From positions 1 through 64,000 of IMG/VR virus record IMGVR_UViG_3300050821_018577: a DNA stretch of 64,000 nucleotides. One strand, written 5' to 3'. This document shows, in pieces, positions 51,004 to 60,292 of this stretch. Position 1 is the stretch's first letter. Each line of letters starts with the position of its first letter. The notes beneath the pieces are model-generated. The model saw only the letters and a program-made list of their open reading frames with translations. It had not been told where the DNA came from and made no database searches. Origin of the DNA: a virus. Position numbers and translations under genes: made by a program.

Positions 51004-53595
51004 TCATGGATGGCACGCATATTTTTGCTGCGGTATGGTAGCGCGCAGGCCGGTCGAGGCATCAAGCTCTGTCAGTGTTTCCAAACAGACTGGAGTGACA
51101 CTGACCCCGGTTCCGGATAGAGGCGCGTTGTTCGGGCTGGTCGAAGCGTTCGTCGTGAAAATCAAGTTCGCGTTGTGCACCCCAGGCGTTGTCGGATTGA
51201 AGGTGACGCTCACAATGCAATTATTTCCGATGGCCAAGGTTGCGCCACAGGTGTTCGCCGAAATCGCGTAGTTGGTCGCGTCGCTCGGGGCGATGCTGGT
51301 GATGTTCAGTGTCGCCGTGCCTGTGTTGGTCAACGTCACGGTCTGCGCAGCGGAAACCTTTCCAACGTTCACCGCACCGAAGCTCAAACTCGTTGGATTC
51401 AAGGAGACCACTGGCGCGTTTGGCGGTGGAACTGTTCCCCACACCGGCCCCGCATCCGTAATGGTCATGCTCTCCACGGTGGTTGCCAACGTAGTCGTGG
51501 CGCCGGCCGCTTTCACCGTTCCGCCGGTTGAAGCCGTCCCCTTGAAAATTGTCGCTACGTCGTTGGCGTCAAGGGTAACCGTCCAGTTCGTCCCGTTGTC
51601 TACGATGCTCGGCGTGAGCGCGACGAATCCGGAAATGTCTCCGAGCTGAATTGCGTTGACCTGGTAGCTGACCACGTTTCCGGGGTTGGTATTGTTCGAT
51701 TCGATGCGGTACTGCCACTCTCCTGTAGCGATGACAGGCGTCGGTCCGGAGGAGCTCACGTTCTCCGCGAAGGTGGAAATAGTCGGCGCCGTAGGAAGTA
51801 ATGCCGTGTAGAGCGCCCGCTGCGTGCCATCGTTGCAGGTGACTTGCGCGCCGCTGACGGATGGACTTGTTTCGCAGTGAGTTACGAAAGTCGTGCTGGT
51901 GCCCGAGGCCGTAGTTTGGATGCGGTCCACGACCAGCAGGACGTTGATGCCGCGGAAGTAGAGATATTCCCTGACGACCGAAACGACGTTCTGATTCTGG
52001 CGTGTGGGATTGCCAGCGTCGCAGACGTGGTTCTGATAGACCAACGTGAGGTCGGTTACGGCGTAGGCGTAGTTGGTCTGCGATTCGAGCCGCTTGATGA
52101 TTCCAGGACCGTCCGAGCAACCTTGTGAAATGTTCTGTGCTTGCCCGCCGACGAAGGGGATGTTATGCGCGAAACCTTCGTATACGTTCGCACAGCCCCC
52201 GGACAGGCACGCGCCGCCGTATCCGGCAACCGTTTCCGAGTAACCCATCGTTTCACGGATAATGTTCACGCCCTTGCGCGAGCACTGAAAGGTTCCAGCA
52301 TCCCAGTGCGAGTGTCCACTACCCCATGCCTGCGCTCCTGGATTAGTGCCCTTGGTGACCCCCATTTGCAAAAGGCAGGTGGTACCCGTCGACGTCCAAG
52401 TATCGTGTAGGTACAGATAGTTTGCACCCGATGCGTAGTAGTCGAGCGGAAGATTCGAGAACGCCAAAGAGGAGCCGCCCGGATCTACGGAGCGGAACAT
52501 CGGTCCGACTGCGGGCTTCACCGTCCCAAGCCACTGACGCGCGTACTTTCCTATATTCGTTGCGGCGTATTCGCCCGCCGCAGCGGTCATAAAGTCGCCG
52601 TAATACTGAGACTCCATCATGCAACCGCCGGTGGCGTTGGCGTTTCCGGTGGAGTTATGGCTCTGAAAGGCACAGGTATCCGCAGCAACCCACTGCTCAT
52701 CATCAGACGCCGTGAACCCATCCCATACCGACCGCGGTGAGGCCGTCCGCTGCAGCACGGTGTTGTAAATCGTAGTTAGTACGCCCGACTTGAAGGCAGT
52801 CGTTTCGTTCCACAGGTCACGGCCCAAAAGCGCCGAGGAAGCGAGCGCGGCGGCATAATAGTCGAGCGAGTAGCGGCCATATTCCGCGGCACCCTCTTGG
52901 TTGTGAAAGGCGTAGCCGTAGGCGCCGTTTCTTCCTGTTCCGGTCGGAGAATCGAAGTTCAGCAGGTCTACCCATCGACTGTTCATCGCGTACTGGAGAT
53001 TTGCATCCGCGCTGGCATTGGTGATGTAGCTGGCGATTCCGAAAGTGAAGTCATTACGGAACTGGCCAGCGAAATAATTACTTGCCGGCATCCCCACGTT
53101 GCCCCAAGTCTGCGTTACGGTATCTTGGCCGTTCTGCCAGGTGTTCCAGTTCGTTTCCAGAGTGGTGACCTGTCCAGCCGTGAGGCACGCCGCAAGACCA
53201 CATCCGGGCGCGAGCCAGTCGCGGATGAGCAACATCATCTCGCCTTGTACGCGCATGGCATCGCAGCCCGGCCCGGTGTAGCAGCCCGAGGAAGGCGCGA
53301 ACCCGGTGGTGTCAGTGATGGCCTGGGCGCACGCGGCCGCTTGTGCACTCGGTGGCCCGTTGATGCAGGTAAACGCGATATCGTAATCGTCAAGGTTGCG
53401 CGTGTTGGCGGTTTGGCCAAGATAGCCAGTGCTCGTCACCCACGCCTTGGCAGTCGTGATGCGCGCGGGAGTCCAGAACAGGCGAGGATGCGCGTTTGGA
53501 AAAGTTAATCCATAGGCGGTAGTGGTTTGCGAATACCCCGTATTGGCGAACAGAAGAGTGACAGCGGTGACGCAAATGAGAACGCGCAGTCTCAT
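51004..53595 (-). CDS. secreted heparinase II/III-like (polysaccharide lyase-type) protein with C-terminal ASPM/choice-of-anchor-D Ig domain
   Basis: Sec signal; HPRLF N-terminal motif; GHSHWDAGTFQ; C-terminal LNPTSLSFG...VTLTNTGTATLNI. Confidence 0.7.
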   Translation of the reverse strand: MRLRVLICVTAVTLLFANTGYSQTTTAYGLTFPNAHPRLFWTPARITTAKAWVTSTGYLGQTANTRNLDDYDIAFTCINGPPSAQAAACAQAITDTTGFAPSSGCYTGPGCDAMRVQGEMMLLIRDWLAPGCGLAACLTAGQVTTLETNWNTWQNGQDTVTQTWGNVGMPASNYFAGQFRNDFTFGIASYITNASADANLQYAMNSRWVDLLNFDSPTGTGRNGAYGYAFHNQEGAAEYGRYSLDYYAAALASSALLGRDLWNETTAFKSGVLTTIYNTVLQRTASPRSVWDGFTASDDEQWVAADTCAFQSHNSTGNANATGGCMMESQYYGDFMTAAAGEYAATNIGKYARQWLGTVKPAVGPMFRSVDPGGSSLAFSNLPLDYYASGANYLYLHDTWTSTGTTCLLQMGVTKGTNPGAQAWGSGHSHWDAGTFQCSRKGVNIIRETMGYSETVAGYGGACLSGGCANVYEGFAHNIPFVGGQAQNISQGCSDGPGIIKRLESQTNYAYAVTDLTLVYQNHVCDAGNPTRQNQNVVSVVREYLYFRGINVLLVVDRIQTTASGTSTTFVTHCETSPSVSGAQVTCNDGTQRALYTALLPTAPTISTFAENVSSSGPTPVIATGEWQYRIESNNTNPGNVVSYQVNAIQLGDISGFVALTPSIVDNGTNWTVTLDANDVATIFKGTASTGGTVKAAGATTTLATTVESMTITDAGPVWGTVPPPNAPVVSLNPTSLSFGAVNVGKVSAAQTVTLTNTGTATLNITSIAPSDATNYAISANTCGATLAIGNNCIVSVTFNPTTPGVHNANLIFTTNASTSPNNAPLSGTGVSVTPVCLETLTELDASTGLRATIPQQKYACHP

Positions 53596-53981
53596 CGGTG
53601 ATTTTCCTCTGCGCGTTTGATGGCCGCATTGTGCGTGTGGAAGTAAGCCTGGCCGGGATAATCCTCGCCGGCTGGTTTTAATTGCCGAATGTACTCCGAG
53701 GATTCAAAGATTTCGAGACGATTTTTGAGCAGCAGCTTGGCGCGTTCGATTTGCGGATTGCGGGGATCGAAGCGGATGAGCTCCTCGGCCAGCGCCCACA
53801 TGCAGTTTTCTAGCTCGGTGACCCGGGCGACTACTTGCGGCGCAGAACTTTGCGCGATGGCCACTTTGTCGAATTCGAGCAGGTCCGCACGTTGGTCCAT
53901 TTCGGTAACCGCAGCTGTGCCATCGTTTTTGGGATGTGTGACCGAAGGAAGTTGCGATAGAGGCGCATCGCTCATCGGCAA
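53592..53981 (-). CDS. hypothetical protein
   Basis: coupled ORF. Confidence 0.55.
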   Translation of the reverse strand: MPMSDAPLSQLPSVTHPKNDGTAAVTEMDQRADLLEFDKVAIAQSSAPQVVARVTELENCMWALAEELIRFDPRNPQIERAKLLLKNRLEIFESSEYIRQLKPAGEDYPGQAYFHTHNAAIKRAEENHR

Positions 53982-54202
53982 ATCCTATCGTATCGGTCAA
54001 GCGACGGACAGTGCCCAAGCGTAAGGATCCGGCCTTCATCTTTGAAGCCGTATAGTTCATAGGACGTCGTGATGGCTTGTTCGTGATACGCCAACTGCAA
54101 GCGGTCGTGTAAGCATTCAACGCGGTCGCGTAAAGCGTGCAAACCTATCAGGATTTTAGCCAGCTCCACGTCGGTCAATTTTCTTCTCTGGGTGTTTGCC
54201 AT
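53972..54202 (-). CDS. hypothetical protein
   Basis: open frame coupled to next gene. Confidence 0.5.
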   Translation of the reverse strand: MANTQRRKLTDVELAKILIGLHALRDRVECLHDRLQLAYHEQAITTSYELYGFKDEGRILTLGHCPSLDRYDRICR

Positions 54203-54329
54203 TGATGTGCGCTCGCAATCCAGCTTCGGCTCTTTTCTTAAGCGGCATCTTGTTCTTAATCTTGGTGGACAAATCCTCCGGTTCTTTATACTCGCCAACC
54301 CAAGGACAATAGGGACATTGGACCCTCAT
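54156..54329 (-). CDS. C2H2-like Zn-finger protein
   Basis: CPYC...LRAHINGKH. Confidence 0.55.
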   Translation of the reverse strand: MRVQCPYCPWVGEYKEPEDLSTKIKNKMPLKKRAEAGLRAHINGKHPEKKIDRRGAG

Positions 54330-54877
54330 CGCACCAGCACTACAGGATTGAAAGTGGGACGCACGATGGCTATGCTCTGGATTGTCGGCGCGCGCACGCC
54401 AAACAGGTCCGGCGCTTGGCCTTTGCCGGCCAGTAGCACCCACAGGTCGCGCGGATCGATGCGCATGACTGGAATGTCTTTGGGTAATACGACGATGCCG
54501 GCTAGCTCGAGGCCGCGGGCATCAAGCTCGCTGCAAAACCAGGCGTCGGGCAAACGCCAGTCCCGGTTCCCCATGCCGAATGCGAGAATCGCCCGCCAGT
54601 CATATGGTTTGCCGTCCTGGGCAGTGAGGAACTGCCAGAAGCGCGTGTATTGTTCCGCAGCGACCGGGATCTGTACCGTTTGATAAGCGGTAGCTTGCCG
54701 ATAGCACTTGTCGGCCAGGAGGCGCCATTTGACGCCGCCGCGCAATTGCGCACCAAAGGTTTTCTGGCCATCCTCGGACAATGCTTCCGTGTGACTCCAG
54801 CGGCATCTTGTCGTGTAACGGATGACCTTGGAGTCCCAGCCGCCACCTTCGACAAAGCGTAGTTGAATGGTAGGCAT
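54326..54877 (-). CDS. permuted papain-like (YiiX/NlpC-P60-like) amidase
   Basis: RWSHT...GKPYDW...WFCSEL order (His before Cys). Confidence 0.75.
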   Translation of the reverse strand: MPTIQLRFVEGGGWDSKVIRYTTRCRWSHTEALSEDGQKTFGAQLRGGVKWRLLADKCYRQATAYQTVQIPVAAEQYTRFWQFLTAQDGKPYDWRAILAFGMGNRDWRLPDAWFCSELDARGLELAGIVVLPKDIPVMRIDPRDLWVLLAGKGQAPDLFGVRAPTIQSIAIVRPTFNPVVLVR

Positions 54878-54982
54878 TTGTCGGCATTTTGCTCCGAGTT
54901 TTCTCCAAAGTCTATCAGAATCCTTCGTTTACTCCAGAGTACCGCTAGTATACTACTCGCCACTAGCACGTTGACATTCTTA

Positions 54983-55011
54983 TTGACTAAACTTAGCCCC
55001 TATGTTACAAT
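54983..55011 (+). promoter_or_regulatory. sigma70-type promoter with operator
   Basis: TTGACT-17-(TGn)TACAAT; CTTAG-CCC-CTATG at 54992-55004. Confidence 0.7.
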
Positions 55012-55074
55012 CAGTTAAGAAGTAAGACGTTAGAGCGCAGCACGAACCAAGCGCAGAACAAAGGAGAAAAGGAA

Positions 55075-55200
55075 TTGAACCTGACCATCACGCAAGCCGT
55101 ATGGACGCTGGCGATTCTGCTGTGCTTCACGCTCGGCTGCATCGCCATGCTGTGGATTCGAGAAGCGGGCCAAATTCAAGAAAAAGGAGAAGGAGAATGA
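55075..55200 (+). CDS. small membrane protein (TTG start)
   Basis: AGGAG RBS; one TM helix. Confidence 0.45.
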   Translation: MNLTITQAVWTLAILLCFTLGCIAMLWIREAGQIQEKGEGE

Positions 55201-55486
55201 AACTCTCTGCATATCAGTCAAGCGATGCGCCGCAATGAAGTGGAACTACTAGCGCATCTTCGCCGCTATCGCATTGGCATTCCAACGCTGTTCAGTATGG
55301 CTTGGCACAAGGCGCTTGACCGTCTTATGGATGCCGGGATGGTCCGTTACAAAAAGAGCAGGGCTCGCTTCGGCATGGGGCACTATGTGGTCCAGCCTGG
55401 GGCCCGTCACTGCTCGGATTCGGAAGTAATCGGTTCCGCCGCAGCACGACACAAGCGGCGACCGTTCGGAAAAGGAGAAAATCGAA

Positions 55487-55723
55487 ATGGCTACCGTCCC
55501 TGTTTTTATTCTCTGTCAACAATGCCAGTTCTACCACGAAGCGCAACAGTCTCCGGCAACGGAGCGGCCCGTCAAATGGAACCGCTACACCCGCTTGGAA
55601 CTCGATGCCTTGCACGGTGGGGGGTGGATTCAGAGCGTTACGACCATGACCGCTTGCCCGTCGGGCGCTGGGCCTGTGGTGAAAGTCAAACCTGTGGTGA
55701 AGGGCAAAAGGAGGGCCGCGTGA
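55487..55723 (+). CDS. hypothetical protein
   Basis: AGGAG RBS; CQQC. Confidence 0.55.
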   Translation: MATVPVFILCQQCQFYHEAQQSPATERPVKWNRYTRLELDALHGGGWIQSVTTMTACPSGAGPVVKVKPVVKGKRRAA

Positions 55724-55962
55724 AGCGCCGGGTAGCAGTGCCGCGCAAGCGGAAACGGATCTCCAAACGCGAATCGCAAAGCATCGCGAGACGGAAAGTC
55801 TATCGGCCCAACGCAATACTGCGCAAGGTCATTCGCCGGAAGTTGGCGCAACGCCAAGTCATTCTCTATCGTTTGCGCGTCAATGGCGCCGGCTCGTTCC
55901 AGATGGCCGACCCGAATTCGCGACAGCGGCATTGGGAGCCGCTGGTAAAGAGCATGGCATGA
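55720..55962 (+). CDS. very basic small protein
   Basis: GGAGG RBS, GTGA overlap; Arg/Lys-rich. Confidence 0.5.
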   Translation: MKRRVAVPRKRKRISKRESQSIARRKVYRPNAILRKVIRRKLAQRQVILYRLRVNGAGSFQMADPNSRQRHWEPLVKSMA

Positions 55963-56138
55963 TGTGGGACATTCTCCAGTTCGTGATTTTGATGAGCCAA
56001 GCGGTGTATTGGTTCCATCTGCGCAACCCAAAGCGCGATGAGGTCGTTTGGCTCGCCTGCGTTTATCCTGGGTCAAGTACTCCGGAGAAACTTCCGGACA
56101 TCTCACAAAAGGGAGAACAACCGAAATGGCTAAACTGA
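55959..56138 (+). CDS. small membrane protein
   Basis: ATGA overlap; hydrophobic N-terminus. Confidence 0.4.
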   Translation: MMWDILQFVILMSQAVYWFHLRNPKRDEVVWLACVYPGSSTPEKLPDISQKGEQPKWLN

Positions 56139-56389
56139 CGAAAGGAAATGTCGTGGCGAAGCCGAGCTATGAAGAATTGAAAGCGCGGCTGGCCGAACTG
56201 GAAAAGCAGAACGGTCCGCGGGACCTCGAATTTCGCGTGGCTGCCAAAGGCGGGGTCAGCGTCTATGGACTTGGCCGCTTTCCTGTCAGCTTATATTACG
56301 AGCAGTGGATTCGCGTTCTCGACAAGGCGACGGAGCTGCGAGCTTTCTTGGAAGCCAACAAGAAACGCCTCAAGCTACGTGCCGCATAA
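56126..56389 (+). CDS. conserved hypothetical protein
   Basis: KGGVSVYGLGRFPVSLYYEQW motif; GGGAG RBS. Confidence 0.8.
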   Translation: MAKLTKGNVVAKPSYEELKARLAELEKQNGPRDLEFRVAAKGGVSVYGLGRFPVSLYYEQWIRVLDKATELRAFLEANKKRLKLRAA

Positions 56390-56406
56390 ATAATCCAACT
56401 GGAACG

Positions 56407-56438
56407 GGCCGGAGCCTTCGGGTTCCGGCCTTTTTTTT
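56407..56438 (+). terminator. intrinsic terminator
   Basis: GGCCGGAGCC-TTCG-GGTTCCGGCC followed by T8. Confidence 0.85.
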
Positions 56439-56444
56439 GTTTTG

Positions 56445-56642
56445 TTAGTGATGAATTCTCGGAACGTTTCCCAAGTCCATGTTGAACACGCCGAACACGC
56501 TCAATAGCCACAGGACGACCAGAATGATGGCCACCACATTCAGGATTTGTTTGATTTTGGCGTCCATTGGAATATAGGAATTTACAAGCCAGAGCAGCAC
56601 TCCCACAACGACCAGGACAACAAGCACGCTAATTATGGGCAT
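56445..56642 (-). CDS. two-TM membrane protein (Thivi_2564-like)
   Basis: LLWLVNSYIPMDAKIKQILNVVAII; GGAGG RBS. Confidence 0.75.
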   Translation of the reverse strand: MPIISVLVVLVVVGVLLWLVNSYIPMDAKIKQILNVVAIILVVLWLLSVFGVFNMDLGNVPRIHH

Positions 56643-56704
56643 AAGGCCTCCCAACCATGATGCTATCTTGTTTTCCCCGATTGGTCCTGTTCTTTTTTGG
56701 ACAC

Positions 56705-56941
56705 TCAATTGGGCGCCGGTCCAACCTTGACCCACACGGTTTTGTCTACCGGCCCTTTGCCGCGGTCGATTACGCAAATTCCCGGAAACCGCTCTTTGAG
56801 TTTCCGGATGTAGCGTTCCGCCTTGCCTTCTTCATCGTCGGTGATGAACGACACGGTCTTCTTGTGGACCATCGCCTGGTGGCCTATCATTTCGATTCTG
56901 CGGTCCTCGTCATGGTCGGCAACATCCATAAAAACCGTCAT
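56705..56941 (-). CDS. hypothetical protein
   Basis: ATGA overlap with upstream gene. Confidence 0.6.
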   Translation of the reverse strand: MTVFMDVADHDEDRRIEMIGHQAMVHKKTVSFITDDEEGKAERYIRKLKERFPGICVIDRGKGPVDKTVWVKVGPAPN

Positions 56942-57507
56942 GGGTTCTCCGCTTTCGCTGGTGTCAGCTTGCCGAACGCTCGCATGTGTTCCATCCACAC
57001 GCGCACTTTGCTTTTCCCCGGCGGCAACGGATCGACGGCAACGAAATAATAAAATATCGACATTCCAAAGGAAAAGAATATCGTGGAAACCAAGTCCGCA
57101 AACCAGTAAGGACCGCGGCGCGGCGGTAGCACAATTAGGAATACCGTGTCCCACAAAAGCATCCCCAGCCACAGGAGTCTCCACCACACATTGAACCAGC
57201 CAACGGTGAAAGCCATAAGCTCGCGCGGTTTGATTCCGGAGCCTAAGTGTTCCTCCGCTTTGGTAAGGAAAAACGTGCGCCTGTAGAAATCCACCAGTAT
57301 GATGAGTTGCAGCAGCATTAGGCTCAAAGGCGTCTTATGACGCAGAAACTGATGCAGGTAATTAAGCAGTTGGACGCCAATGTCCACCGCAGCCAAGGCA
57401 ATCCCGATTTTGGCGATGAAATAGCTGGTCAACCCTATGGCACGCTGCGTCGCGTGACTGATTTTGGTGCACACCGCCAATAGGATGGCATCGAATTCGC
57501 GAATCAT
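56938..57507 (-). CDS. multi-TM membrane protein
   Basis: four hydrophobic segments; AGGAG RBS. Confidence 0.65.
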   Translation of the reverse strand: MIREFDAILLAVCTKISHATQRAIGLTSYFIAKIGIALAAVDIGVQLLNYLHQFLRHKTPLSLMLLQLIILVDFYRRTFFLTKAEEHLGSGIKPRELMAFTVGWFNVWWRLLWLGMLLWDTVFLIVLPPRRGPYWFADLVSTIFFSFGMSIFYYFVAVDPLPPGKSKVRVWMEHMRAFGKLTPAKAENP

Positions 57508-57803
57508 TTCGGTTCTTGCTCCTTCTGCGCCGCTCGAAACCGCGCTTGCGTGAGTATTTCGCGCATCTTGCGCAAAGACCGCTGGCCGTAGAGTTTCGCG
57601 CTGTCCTCGAGGTCCTGGTCGGTCAGCTCGATATGAAACCATTTTTTGAAAAAGGCACGCCGGCGTGTGAGTCTGCATGGCATACATCTGCAGGCGAAGT
57701 GGATCCGCCACACGTGAGAGCCAAACCACAGCTGGTACGCGTAATAGTCCAGGCGCTCGAGGCGATATTGTTTTGGCTGGCCAGCCCAATGATAGAGTTT
57801 CAT
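57504..57803 (-). CDS. hypothetical protein
   Basis: ATGA overlaps. Confidence 0.55.
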   Translation of the reverse strand: MKLYHWAGQPKQYRLERLDYYAYQLWFGSHVWRIHFACRCMPCRLTRRRAFFKKWFHIELTDQDLEDSAKLYGQRSLRKMREILTQARFRAAQKEQEPK

Positions 57804-58213
57804 CGCCGGTCTGGACCAGTTATCTGCGCCGTCCCGGTATGTTGCCAATCCTGTGCATTACAGCTGGCGTCATCGATGATGGAAAGCATACCGTTGGTGT
57901 AGAGGGCGCACACTGCGTCCTTTCCCGGATACCAGCCAAAATCTCCGTTTTTGGCGTTGACGGTATCAAGCCAAATCGATACCGCCGGCTTTGTTTTCGC
58001 TTGATGGTTCTTGGCCTGCTTACCGAGCAGCGGTGTTCCAATGGTTACGTGATTCGCCGCGTTCCAGCCATTATCGAACATCTCCTGCACGATGGTTTTT
58101 TCTTCGCTGGCGTACCAGCGGTCCGCGGCGTGCTTGCCCAAACCGTAGCCTATCCCCAAGCCGCTGACCCACAATCCAAACAGGATCAGGAACCAACGCA
58201 GAGTTTCTTTCAT
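57800..58213 (-). CDS. membrane-anchored hypothetical protein
   Basis: N-terminal TM helix. Confidence 0.6.
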   Translation of the reverse strand: MKETLRWFLILFGLWVSGLGIGYGLGKHAADRWYASEEKTIVQEMFDNGWNAANHVTIGTPLLGKQAKNHQAKTKPAVSIWLDTVNAKNGDFGWYPGKDAVCALYTNGMLSIIDDASCNAQDWQHTGTAQITGPDRR

Positions 58214-58503
58214 GGCTTCTCCCTTTGCTTGGCGACTTGTTCTTCTATCGCAGTTACCATGCGGTCCACACCGGTCAGCGCCTCTAACGATTGCCGTAGG
58301 GTAATGCCTGGCTTCAATAAATCTTTGTCGGCATGAAATCCCGCCCGGTAGAATTTATTCATGCGTTGCCGGAATTCTTCCCGTATCGGTTGGTTGAGGT
58401 CGACTTCGGTCACCGTGAATCCGCAGCCGGAACAGACATGCGCTTGGCCATCAGCTGCCAACACCAGCGATTGGTCGCAGTTTGGACAGTTCATGGCCAG
58501 CAT
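58210..58503 (-). CDS. Zn-ribbon protein
   Basis: CPNC, CSGC. Confidence 0.55.
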   Translation of the reverse strand: MLAMNCPNCDQSLVLAADGQAHVCSGCGFTVTEVDLNQPIREEFRQRMNKFYRAGFHADKDLLKPGITLRQSLEALTGVDRMVTAIEEQVAKQREKP

Positions 58504-58600
58504 CCTAGCACAAACTTGGCGTCTATGTTACAGTTTGCCGGAGGGTCTACCAACGCCAGAATGGGGCAGCAGAATATCATGCGCTGTTCGCGGAGCAAAA

Positions 58601-58831
58601 ATGAGCGAACGCATCGATGCTATAAAGAAATTAGTGGACCAGTTTCCACCTGGCAATCTCAACCGTAAGTTGTGGGTGCTCGTGATTGCCGAACTGGAGG
58701 ATTTACGCCATCCTGGAGAGCAAAGAATCAAGCGATGCAGCTACCGTTTCAGTGGAAGCGGTAATCAGTGCCAACGTGACGAGCACAGCGACAGTCATCA
58801 TTCCTGGAAGCAGGCCGCGGAGCCGAAATGA
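58601..58831 (+). CDS. hypothetical protein
   Basis: GGAG RBS; ATGA overlap. Confidence 0.5.
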   Translation: MSERIDAIKKLVDQFPPGNLNRKLWVLVIAELEDLRHPGEQRIKRCSYRFSGSGNQCQRDEHSDSHHSWKQAAEPK

Positions 58832-59133
58832 TGGACAGGATCTCCGACCGCGACCGCGCATTGCGTCTACTGGCGGCGTTGTTTGGCCTGACCGTGGAGC
58901 AGCTGCGAAAAGAATTCAGCGCCGCCAACATTGATGCCGACCTGGAAACCATCATGGCGGAATTTCAAGAATTGGCGGTAGAGGGATGGACCGACGGCTA
59001 TGAAGCTGGCATCGATGTGGAAGCTATGCGCCGCGACCATCCCGAGGAATACCATCGCCAGGCGCAGGACGTCAAAGGAATCCTGATGAAAGCCGTGGAC
59101 GACTGGAAGCGCAGACGGCTGGGAGTGAACTAA
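58828..59133 (+). CDS. hypothetical protein
   Basis: GGAG RBS. Confidence 0.55.
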   Translation: MMDRISDRDRALRLLAALFGLTVEQLRKEFSAANIDADLETIMAEFQELAVEGWTDGYEAGIDVEAMRRDHPEEYHRQAQDVKGILMKAVDDWKRRRLGVN

Positions 59134-59146
59134 CAATCCGTGCGTC

Positions 59147-59830
59147 CTACCTGGGCTTGAAACTCATCGTGAACTGACACCAGTTCACCGGACTGCTATA
59201 GGTCACTTTGCTGGTGACCTCGCCGCTCGCGGTTGCGACCATATCTTCGATGAACGCGTTGGCGTGGTCGCGGAGTGTGAAGCCGCCGTCACCGATTATT
59301 CCAGGAAGGCCGGTGGTGTGGTTGGATCCGATGCCGATAACCAGTTCGCCCGCTTCCGCCAGTACTGGCGCGCTCCAGCCGTACTCGCTCACGACATTGA
59401 ACGTTTCTGGAGATACTTGGACTGGCGTCAACGCGCCTGCGTACACGGCGAAGATGACCTCTTCCCAGCAAGGTAAATTGTTAGGGCACGTCACGGTGAT
59501 TGTGTCCGTGCCGCTCGCGCAGGAATTGCTGTACAGCAGCCGCAAGTCAGATTGTCCGGTGGCCACCTCGAATGAATTGCCTTGTGAATCTTTAATGGTG
59601 CCGTAGTTCAACTGGTCTGCCGACGCCACCATGATGGTGCACGGAGCAACCAGGGGCTGCTTGAACGTGAACGTGTAGCTGGCTGCCTGGGCCCAGTAGT
59701 TGGCCCAGTCGTTGACAATCAATATTCCGCCTTGCGTGTAGCCCACGGCCTGGGGCGCGACGTAGTTGCTGCCGCCGCCGCAACCGCACAAAACAAAGGC
59801 AACACAGACCCAGGGAATCAATTTTCGCAT
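59147..59830 (-). CDS. putative lipoprotein
   Basis: lipobox-like VLCGC followed by GGGS; beta-rich body. Confidence 0.65.
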   Translation of the reverse strand: MRKLIPWVCVAFVLCGCGGGSNYVAPQAVGYTQGGILIVNDWANYWAQAASYTFTFKQPLVAPCTIMVASADQLNYGTIKDSQGNSFEVATGQSDLRLLYSNSCASGTDTITVTCPNNLPCWEEVIFAVYAGALTPVQVSPETFNVVSEYGWSAPVLAEAGELVIGIGSNHTTGLPGIIGDGGFTLRDHANAFIEDMVATASGEVTSKVTYSSPVNWCQFTMSFKPR

Positions 59831-60159
59831 ACGTCCTCCAGATTACTGTCCCGCGCTTCGTCCAACAGCCTATAGGTTTCCTCATCGCCTAAAATTCCGC
59901 AAAGCAATTCCACCAGGATTTTCGAATGGTCGTACAGGAAGGCGATGAATTTTTCATCATTGCCGATATACACGTAGCCGTTTTCATCGCTGCAAGCCAC
60001 CATGGCCACCCAGGTACACAGCCGGCTCCAGCGTGTCAGCGGATCGATCGTGGCATCCGCGGCTAACGACTGGACGCATTTGTGGAATTCCGTGCTGGCG
60101 CGCACCATGTCGAGGCCGGCGTGACGAAACCGTAATCGCTGTTTGCGGATTCTATTCAT
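59818..60159 (-). CDS. hypothetical protein
   Basis: open frame coupled to lipoprotein gene. Confidence 0.5.
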   Translation of the reverse strand: MNRIRKQRLRFRHAGLDMVRASTEFHKCVQSLAADATIDPLTRWSRLCTWVAMVACSDENGYVYIGNDEKFIAFLYDHSKILVELLCGILGDEETYRLLDEARDSNLEDVCEN

Positions 60160-60292
60160 CGTTGGAACCGGCCCCACAGTTTCACAAACCACGGAAACAC
60201 CGGCGAGTTTATCAGTTGTATTATAAGAATAGTCAGCAACACTATCAGCCCGACGCCCAGGAGCAGGCTGAAACAGATGAACAGCAAGGTCT

